Source of the DNA: Fusobacteriaceae bacterium
GTDB lineage: Bacteria; Fusobacteriota; Fusobacteriia; Fusobacteriales; Fusobacteriaceae
Assembly (NCBI GenBank): GCA_031272945.1
Contig: JAISST010000115.1
Location: 1 to 55,713, forward strand
Direction of reading: 5' to 3'
DNA: 55,713 nt
Part shown: one piece after another, positions 39,451 to 48,400 of the stretch
Position numbering within the stretch: the stretch's first letter is position 1
Layout of the letters: the number at the start of each line of letters is the position of its first letter
Made by a program: the position numbers and the translations under genes
The notes under the pieces: generated by a model
Database searches by the model: none
Told to the model about the DNA's origin: nothing
What the model saw: the letters and a program-made list of their open reading frames with translations, nothing else

Positions 39451-39981
39451 ATGAATGATTTATCTGAAAAAATGAAAAAGATCCGTCTGATTGCTTTGGA
39501 TGTGGACGGGACACTGACGGACGGGCGGATTCGCTTGGACAATACCGACAACGATACGAAGGCCTTCAGCGCCAAAGACGGACTCGGCCTTGAAGTCTGG
39601 ACGCGATACGGCGGGATTTCCGCCATCATTACGGGAAGGACCTCCCATGTGGTGGAACGCCGCGCCAGGGAGAATTCCGTGAAATACGCCGAACAGGGCT
39701 GTCGCGACAAAAGCAGCGCCTTGCGGAAAATTATGGAATTGGAAAAGCTCGGCTGGGAGGAAGTCTGCTTTGTGGGGGACGATCTCAATGACCTGGGCGC
39801 CCTGACAAAGGCCGGATTTTCAGCGGCGCCGGCCGACGCCGTTCCCGAGGTGCGCAATCGGGTGGATTTTGTCTCTTCCTTTCCGGGTGGGGCGGGCGCC
39901 GTCCGCGAGGTGATCGTGACGATAATGCGGGCGCAGGAGACCTGGGAGCGGGTTATTGCGGATTATTTGGGGGAAAAATAA
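39451..39981 (+). CDS. kdsC: KDO 8-phosphate phosphatase (HAD)
   Basis: LDVDGTLTDG, KDGLG, ITGR, VGDDLND, GGAGAVRE. Confidence 0.9.
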   Translation: MNDLSEKMKKIRLIALDVDGTLTDGRIRLDNTDNDTKAFSAKDGLGLEVWTRYGGISAIITGRTSHVVERRARENSVKYAEQGCRDKSSALRKIMELEKLGWEEVCFVGDDLNDLGALTKAGFSAAPADAVPEVRNRVDFVSSFPGGAGAVREVIVTIMRAQETWERVIADYLGEK

Positions 39982-40052
39982 ATTGCATTTATTTCTGTGT
40001 CCGTTATCCGCCTGATACGCACAATCATCCACCGCATACACACAAAAAAAAC

Positions 40053-40081
40053 TTGCCAAAAAACGGTTTTTGGTGTATAAT
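40053..40081 (+). promoter_or_regulatory. Promoter P1 (sigma70)
   Basis: A-tract UP element, TTGCCA-N17-TATAAT. Confidence 0.8.
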
Positions 40082-40087
40082 ATGGCA

Positions 40088-40743
40088 TATTGTATTTTCC
40101 GAACTTCATCCTGATTCCGGCTGATACAATATATTACTGCTTTTTAAGGCCGCGGGGGATCCCGGGCCGGACAATCATTTTGTCGAATACATGATAATCC
40201 TTACGTTTTACTCAGAAAATGGAAGGATTGTGAGCATGTGGCATTTTCACGTAATTACGGCATACTGCCAACAGACGAAACGCCCGCTTCACCATTGTGG
40301 CCAATCGGGATTAAAGGGATACGCAGATCATCTTTAAGGATTGGCCGGTCACTTACGCAAGCCCCCGGAATGAATCCGGACAAAATCGCCTTTGTCCCTC
40401 GGGAAGGGGAATTGCGGATCAAGGAATTCCAACGTACGGGCATGGGTGTCTCCGCAGGGAGACAAAAATCAAGCAAAACCGAAAAATACCGTGACGAAAA
40501 CGGATATCCTCTCAGTTATTCAGAGAATCCTTGATTCCGGTCCACAGAAGCGCCCCTCTCTCGGGATCACGCCAAATCCCGCAAGCGCCCACAGGGACCA
40601 ACCGACCCCAGTTTTCACCGAATACGCAGGCGCGCCGCTGGTACCGGGAGTATCGTAATGTGTGAAAATCTTGAATCCGTTCATTTTTGTTGTTTGTTGC
40701 TTCCAATAAGGTCGTTGTGTGAAGCAAAAATGACATTTTTTTT
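40088..40743 (+). ncRNA. Candidate large structured ncRNA R1 (about 650 nt), family unassigned
   Basis: Own promoter and terminator, no credible ORF, long-range colinear stems 40215-40287 with 40626-40688 and many internal hairpins; ends approximate. Confidence 0.6.
40688..40743 (+). terminator. Intrinsic terminator closing R1
   Basis: TGTTGTTT(G)TTGCTTC / GAAGCAAAAATGACA stem followed by T8. Confidence 0.6.
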
Positions 40744-40823
40744 ATTTACGGACATTTACCCTTTGCGCCAATTGGACTTCCCAACAAAAATGGTAACAAT
40801 CCGAATAATATTTTGAAAAAAAG

Positions 40824-40852
40824 TTGACACAAACTATTTTCTGTGATATACT
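40824..40852 (+). promoter_or_regulatory. Promoter P2 (sigma70, extended -10)
   Basis: A-tract, TTGACA-N17-TATACT with TG at the extended -10 position. Confidence 0.8.
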
Positions 40853-40858
40853 ATATCA

Positions 40859-41324
40859 AAGCGTTTGTTGACAAAATTGACACAATTCTGAACGAATGCT
40901 TTATAGGCAAGAATGCATCGCAATAACAGGACAAAAATAACAATTCAAAAAAGTTTTTATTTTTGTTGCTGTCGCGAGGGGATAATTTGTTGTTGAGGAA
41001 CCCCCTCGCGCAATGAAAATCCGTTCCTGTAACCTTTTGAAAATTGGTCATACAACCATCATTATGTCACAGGACGCCGCAAAACAGTTGTACAAAATTC
41101 GGACGAAGCGTTCTCTCTCACATTGTGGCAAATGAATTGTGAGAAGCCGGAGAGCGGTCTGACAGAAACCCAGGGACCGTCCGGGCCAAGGGAGCCCTTC
41201 GGGGAGGACCTGCCGGATAAAAACAGGCGGCGATACGCGCCAAATCCGGGCCAACTGAATACTTTGCAGAAAAAACTGAACTCGAAATCACAGCTTTCGG
41301 CGGAGGCGCCGACGGTTGTGTTTT
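40859..41324 (+). ncRNA. Candidate structured ncRNA or cis-regulatory leader R2 (about 465 nt)
   Basis: Follows P2; serial hairpins, a nested multibranch domain 41079-41267 with a C(UUCG)G loop, and a terminator-like hairpin 41289-41324; ends approximate. Confidence 0.5.
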
Positions 41325-41466
41325 ACGCATACATAAGATTTTATGAAATTTTTGAAAAGAAACGTCTTAGATTGTACACATTTCAAAATTGTAAATAATA
41401 CGAAACGGGGATAGAAATCCCCCGGACAATAAGGAGGTTCTATGGGGGTATAAAAGGGAAAACCCG

Positions 41467-41558
41467 GAAACAATAATGCGAAAGCACGAAACAATGAACG
41501 AATGTCATGAAACAATGAATAAATCTCACTTTCCTTTCGTGGAGTAAATTGGTATAAT
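41467..41558 (+). promoter_or_regulatory. Promoter P3 with three phased upstream direct repeats
   Basis: GAAACAAT at 41467, 41488 and 41509; TGgTATAAT at 41550-41558; poor -35. Confidence 0.6.
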
Positions 41559-41681
41559 ATGCGTGTGACTTGTTGTTGACAAAACAAAAAATGTATTCGA
41601 CATAAAGGAAAAAGGGGGATTTTGGTTGAAGTACAGGGGAAAGAACGTGTAAATGAATTGAGAATTGAAAATGAATCGAAC

Positions 41682-41706
41682 GTAGGGGCGGCATCCTGCC
41701 GCACGC
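41682..41706 (+). repeat. GTAG-family REP-like palindrome
   Basis: GTAGGGGCGGCATCCTGCCGCACGC (GCGGCA/TGCCGC stem). Confidence 0.65.
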
Positions 41707-41847
41707 ACCATCAAACCTTCATCGTTCATAATAATCAATGGAATCCTGTGATCAAATCAATGAATCATAGTACAATAAAAATTATAGTAATCAGAATCCA
41801 TAATCAAAAAAATCAAAGTTTCGAGTCTAAGGAGGGAAAAGACGAGC

Positions 41848-42324
41848 ATGAAAAAAATAGTTATTCTTTTGGTAACGGCGATCCTTGCCGGAGTCGCCGC
41901 CGAAGCCACAACCGTACGGAGGGCGCCTGTAGCGAAAAGGGTTCCCGTTACGGAGAAATCCAAGAAAAAAGTGATGCGGGAAAAAAGGGAAGACCTCTAC
42001 GAATCCTTGGAGGAGAAAGTGTTCCGGGCCCGCAACACGGATAAAGCGAAACTGGCCGCCACGGACCAGGCCTTTGAGACAGGCAAGACCCGCATGTATT
42101 ATCTGAACCGGGAAGAGGCGGAAATCCGCGAACTGGAGCAGGAATTGGGCGCGGGGGAAGTGGAGCACAATTTCCTGGGCGACAAATTTGACGCCGTACG
42201 GGAGGAATTCAAGAACAACAAGAGCGAAATCGAGACGCTGGAGACCGAAAACAAGAAACTCAAAGAATATATGGCAAGACTGGACAATATGGAGAAGCGG
42301 ACAAAATCCGCGGCGAAACGCTGA
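41848..42324 (+). CDS. Exported coiled-coil protein of the kind found upstream of Fusobacteriaceae autotransporters
   Basis: Signal peptide, TAAGGAGG RBS; YESLEEKVFR...FLGDKFD...ENKKLKEY..RLD.ME resembles, from memory, conserved Fusobacterium autotransporter-operon proteins. Confidence 0.75.
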   Translation: MKKIVILLVTAILAGVAAEATTVRRAPVAKRVPVTEKSKKKVMREKREDLYESLEEKVFRARNTDKAKLAATDQAFETGKTRMYYLNREEAEIRELEQELGAGEVEHNFLGDKFDAVREEFKNNKSEIETLETENKKLKEYMARLDNMEKRTKSAAKR

Positions 42325-42429
42325 AGGAACCTCACCGCTAATAATTTATACTGTAGTATTGTAGAGATGTAGGCGTTTCAAGGGGACATTTATATTTATG
42401 TATCAAGGGAAGATTTATAAGGAGTGAGA

Positions 42430-45400
42430 ATGAAGGACAATATGAAAAGCTTGGCGGAAAAGACGCTGAAGTCTTTTCTGAAAAGGAAGAAAATCGGATT
42501 CACGGCAGCGCTGCTGACGGCTTTCATGATCACCGGAGAAATCGTGACCGGGGCCGCCGCGGGCCGGAGCATTGAGGAACTGAGCGGAATCGCCGCCGCC
42601 AGCCAGGCTTCGCTTTTGGATAAAATCCAGATGCAAAAGGCTGAAATCGAGCAACTTTTGGCCGAAAACGAAGCCCGATTACGGGAATTGCAGGGCGAGG
42701 AACTGAATCTTCTGAGAATGGCGGATTACTATTCGAAACCCATTTATCCGTCGACCCAGATATTCTTTAATTTTGGCTACGAAAACAGCGGGGATATGAA
42801 GGACAGGACCGGAGAAAACTTCAAGGAAACCATCAGCGCCGTCCAAAAGGATATCCAGGCCGGGAATATTCCCGATACCGTAAGCCAGCAGGACTATGAC
42901 GACTATATCGCGGGCAGGATCAGCGAGTATGAGCTCGCGACGCGAATCGTGAGAGAGACCAACGGCATCGTGGGGGCGGGGGAACCCCACAGTTTTACCA
43001 TTGACCTGGGCGTCCAGATCAAACCCATGCAACCCGATGTGCCCACGATCTCCCGGAGCGTATCCGTGTCGGTGGACGCGCCCGATGTGCCCAGCATCAC
43101 GGTAAATCCGGTGCAGGTAAGCGCGCCGCAGTTTAACGTGACGTTCGGAGGCGTGACGCCGCCGACCATTCCGCCGGTACCGGCTATTTCGCTCAATGTG
43201 AATGCGCCCGGGGCCGTGGCGGCCGTGAGCGTACCCACCGTAACCGTGCCGACAGTCAGCGTGAATCCGCAGGCGCCGATCTTTACGCCTACCGCAGTCA
43301 GCAGTCCCACGCCGCCGGCTGAGCCTTCAGAACCGGTGATTGTAGTATTGACGCCTGCCAATTTGACGTTTAACGGAACAGGATTCGGTCAAGGGACCGC
43401 GCCTATTGTTCACGCGAATAACAGCGGCAGTTCAATGGCCCTGGAAAACTGGTCCACCTATCAAACAACCGCGCCTGTTACGATTCGAGCTTTTACAGGG
43501 GAAGCTGATGTTTTGAACGGATTTACAGTAACCGGTGGAAATATTAATGTTACGGCGCCGGATCTCGGCGCGGCAAATAACAGTCTGACGTCCACTTGGC
43601 AATCTACCGCGACAATCGTTGCGTTTATCAGCGACGCCGCAGATCATGACGTCAATATTGCAGGAGATTATGACATGTATGTCGGTCCGGTTAACAGGAC
43701 TGCATATTTTGTCAGTTTGAATCCCTATCAGACCGGATCAGGAACAAAAGCTACCGTTACCGATAATGTGTACCAGTTGGACGGGAATCTGACGCTCCAC
43801 GGCGTCGACAGAGCAGATACCGGAACTCCAATTCTGGGAACCGGGACCGCTATTTTGGGCTTCGAACATCAACTGCTTGCAAGAGGCGGCGGCGGAGGAC
43901 AGAATTTTCAAAGGATCATTACAGGTCAAGTGACCACAGAACTGAGAGTCGGACCGACCGGCGTCATTGATCTCAACAGCGGTTCCAATATGGTGGGAAT
44001 CCAGATTGATACGGAATATGGCAATACACAAACCAGTGGATTTGTAAAACGACCAGTCACCGCCAATGACGGGTTGATTAAGATCAGCTCCGGCGCAACG
44101 GAAAGTATAGCCATAGACTATGGTCATTATCAAACTGCCTCTCCCAATACGCAAGTATATCTCGGAAATATCGTCCTGGAGGGAACAAGATCTTACGGAT
44201 TGCGTATGAAAGCCTACGCAGAACCTGCATATTATAATCTTACGACAGTATATGGAACCAAAAGCGACGGAACGGCTGCAACCGTAGAAGTGAAAGGCAG
44301 TCAAAATATAGGGATCGCGATGTTTATGGGTCCGACAGACAACGCGGCAAATATTGACGCGAGATCCTATGCGCTGACGCCGGGCGCCGCAGGCGCACTC
44401 CAACCGAACACTTATGTACTTACCTACACGGACCCCAGCGATATCCTGAATCATTTGAACATCACGGTAGGCGGCTCGGAGAATGTCGGCTTCTATCGGA
44501 ACTTCGTAAATAACCCCAACGCCATGGTATTGCAAAATACCGGTACGCAAACAAAAGTAGACTCCATCACCTTCAGCGCGGGGGCGACCAAGAGCGCCCT
44601 GATCCGATCCGACAACGGCGAGATCATCGTGGACGTCAATATTTCCACCGGCGCCACAGGCGTTGAAAACACCATGCTGCAGGCCGCGGGATCCGGCGCC
44701 GTGTCAGGAACCGTTCGGAACCTGAAGACTGTTTCGACGACCGTTCCCGTCCAGGAAATCTACGGGATGACGGCGGGCTCCTTCCCGTTGGCGGGCGCGG
44801 GTTCCACAAACGCTTATATTTATAATGAAGGCGTCATCGACCTTCAAGGGCAGAGTTCCATCGGTATGGCGGTCGATATCGGCAATTACGGGTATCTGAT
44901 CTCCACATCGGCCGCAAACGGCATTATCAAAGTCAAGGGACAGGGCGCCGTTGCCATCTACAACAAAGGTACGTTCGAGTTACAGGGATCGCCCACCGTA
45001 CTGGCCGACGGCAAGAACGCCATTGCCCTCTTTAATAAAGGAACCGTCAACGGTTCCACGGCGACCACGCTGGAATTCACCGCGGATAACGGCGCGACCG
45101 GTATCTACAGCGACGGCGGAACCATTTCCGCACCCGCTTCCGGTCTCAAAGTGACCGTCAAGAACACCAGCGCGGGCACAGACCGCGGAATCGGCGTATA
45201 CGTCAAGGGCACAGCCGGCACGGACAACTTCAACAACTCCTACATCGACGTCCAGGACGGATCGGCCGGCGTCGTGGCCGACGGCAAGGGCTTAAGCCTC
45301 CAGAACGGCACGATCAACTTCAACAATAACGGAACCGGGGCCATGGCCTACGCCGTATTCACACAAAACGGCGGAACCATCGACCTCACAAATTCCACAC

Positions 45401-48400
45401 TCAATATCAGCGGAAACTCCATCGGCGTCGAGATCGACTACGCGGGCGGGACGCCCTCGGTCACCCTGACCGGCGCAACCGTCAACACCACCGGCAACGC
45501 CATCGGATTTTCCCTCAAGAACAACCCCGGCATCAACGTCAGCAACATCATCGGCGACATCGGCACCTTGACCGGCACGGCCTTCTCCCCCACAGGGACC
45601 ACCATCGCCCTTCTCGAAGGCGGGAAACTCTTCATCGACCAGACCATCGAGCAGGCGGAGACAGGAAACAGCCCCGGAAACAATTTCTACACGCGTCTCA
45701 TGCGTCAGCGCTCCGTCATCAACGTCGGCGAGCATACGACGGTGGCGCCGCCTCCGGGTACGCCTACCGTAACGGCGGTTCCCAATGTCATTGTGAGCGC
45801 CACATCCAGCGCCGCAGGGCAGATCGTGGGCATCCAGACGACCTCTTCCAACAGCGCGACATCCAACGCCGATACGCAAATCAACCTCAAGAACAACGCC
45901 ACCGTCATCGCGGATAGATTGAACGCCGGAGCGGGCGGCGTGGGTCTCTACAGCAACTACGGACAGATCAGTATCCAGAGCGGATCGAAAGTTCTGGTGG
46001 AGACAGGGGACGGCGTAGGGCTGCCCCAAGTACCGACGGGAACCTCCAATACGTTAAACAGCAACGGCGTCGGCGTATTCATCGTCAACGGCGCCGAAGT
46101 CACAAACGCCGGCCAGATCAAAGTGGACGGCCAGGGCGGCGTGGGGATCGCCGGCATGTCTTACCGGAAGACCTCGGCCGCGACCAACGCGGGCGCCGAA
46201 TTTAACGCCTCGGGCGTGCTCCTTCCCAACCAGGGAAAAGCCACGATTACCAATGATACCGGCGCGACCATCGTGACCTCGGGCCAGAGTTCCGTGGGAA
46301 TCTACGCCGAGGCAAACGCCTCCTCCACGGGAACGGACCCCGCGGCGACGGCTTCCGTCACCAACAAGGGATTGGTTGACGCCAACGGGAACAATTCCGT
46401 CGGCGTATACCTGGATAAAGCCAGCTTCACCAATGATCCGGCGGGAACCGTATCGACAGGGGCCACGGCGGGAACGGGGACCGTGGGTCTCTACGCCAAG
46501 AACCTGACGGCGGCGGAGACCATCTCCTTAGGCGGAACCTTCAAGATCGGAGACGCAGGCGTCGGAATCCTTCCGGCGGATGCGGCCACGGCGGGACGCA
46601 TGACGGTAAACGGGACCCTCAAGCTCGAAAACGCCGTAGCGGGCGATACGTCCTCCAAGATCGGATTTGACTTCGACTCGCTGGGCTCGGCCATTACCCT
46701 GGGGGGAACGGGGACGCCTGTCATAGACGCCACGAACCTCGTAAACGGCACGGCCGTCTATGTGAAAAACAACAGCATTACCGCCAACGTCGACATAAAG
46801 CTAAACGGAAACCAGCGCGGAATCTATATTGACGGGGCCGGCAACACCGTGACCCTGGGCGTGGGAAAATCCATCGACATCGACAACGGCGCCGTGGGCA
46901 TCTATTCCAACGGCAACAATACCATAAACGCCGTGACCCTGACCGCAAAACACAACGGATCCGTAGGCCTCTATGTCGTGGGATCCAGCACCGTGACCGA
47001 TCTCGTCGCGGCGGCCCAGGACGTGTCGGCCCTGACCGACAGCGTCGTGGGGGTCTATGTGTCGGGAGGAACGCTGACTTCGGTAGACGGCGACGCCGAC
47101 GGCTTCGGAATCGCCCTCACCATGGGGAACCCGACGCCGGGAGCGGATCTCGGCACCGGCATGTACCTCACGGACGGCGCTTCCGTAACAGGGGCGGCCA
47201 TCAGCCTGACGAACAATTCCTCCACCACCAACGCCGGAATCTACTACAAGAAGGGAACGGGCTCGTCGCCCGTGGCTCACGGGGTGGATCTGGAATTCCT
47301 GTCGGGATCGACGGTGGGCATCTATACCGATGACGCCATTACCGTCAATAACGCCAAAGACATCGTCTATAACGCGGCCTTCAGCGGAAACATCGGCGCC
47401 TTCGTGGCGGGAGGCAGCACCTACAACTCCTCCAGCACGGCCACAACGGTCTTAGGCGGCAACAGCGCGGGCATCGTGGTGGGAAAAGGCCTCGGCGAAA
47501 ACTTGGCTGCGGGCGTCCTTACCGTCAACAACGCCACCTCGGCGGCAATGGCGGCTCTGGCCCCGACAGCGGGCGATACCGGCGAAGCGAAAAACTCGGG
47601 GACCATCAACGTGACGGCAGGCGTCGGCATGTTGGCGGACTCCACGGGACTCGCGGGGACATCCGTCGTGACCAACAACGGAACCATCAATGTAGCGGGC
47701 GGCGTCGGCATGGCGGTTAAAGACGTAAAGGGCGTATTGCAGGGAACGGGAATCGTCAACGCGGCCTCGGGCACGGCAGCCATTTACGTGGAAAATACAG
47801 GAGCGGGCCAGACAAGCGGATTTACGGGAACATTGAACCTGTCTTCGGGGGCCGTGGGCATCTACGCCAACAGCGCCGTCGTCGACACGAATCTCAATCT
47901 CTCGGCCGCAACCACAGGGGCCATCGGCGTCTACGCGCTGGGAACCGCGGGAACGCCAACCACCATCACCGGCAACATCGACGGGAGCGCCACGACCTCT
48001 ACGGTCAGCGTCTACCTCGGCAACGAATATGTGGCCTTCGCCAACAACACCGTATCGGCGGGTATCACCCCCTCCGGCCCGGGAATGCCTTCGGCGGTGG
48101 GCGTCTATATACCGGCCTCCATACCGGCCTACACCCTCGATAACGTGACCGTCAAATCGGACGGCGCGGGAACCGTCGGGGTATACGCGGGAGCGGCGGC
48201 AACCGATTACGGGGCCAACGCTCTTACGGAAGTCCGGACAAACGGCATCGGCATCTATGTGCCGGGCGGCGCGACCTTCGGGACCCAGGGCGGAAAGATT
48301 GACATCTACAGCGGCATCGGCGTAGTCTTAGCCGCGGGCTCCACCGGAAACATCGGAACCTCGGGCGGACTCACCGTGGAATTCAAGGGACCGGGCGCCA

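Noticed and set aside
40630-40650. T-box element (TGGTACC)
   Set aside because: Lacks the preceding AGGG/GGG consensus and the following GCG, and no amino-acid gene lies downstream.
41010-41215. Cobalamin riboswitch (fragments TGAAAATCC, CATTG...TGAGAAG, GACCTGCC)
   Set aside because: No AAxAGGGAA/GGTG core, spacing does not fit, and downstream genes are unrelated to B12. A cmscan run would settle it.
40088-41324. RNase P RNA, tmRNA, SRP RNA, hammerhead ribozyme or group II intron
   Set aside because: I found no GAGGAAAGTCC, no tRNA-like ends, no SRP GGAA-loop motif, no CTGAnGA core and no domain V on either strand.
40238-41738. Short ORFs listed in the kdsC-adhesin interval
   Set aside because: Mostly non-ATG starts without RBS, overlapping on both strands, with no recognisable motifs. 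RNA structure and promoters explain the region better.
41848-42324. FadA adhesin assignment
   Set aside because: Helical and exported, but lacks the FadA RFYK..Y-type motif, so no gene symbol was given.
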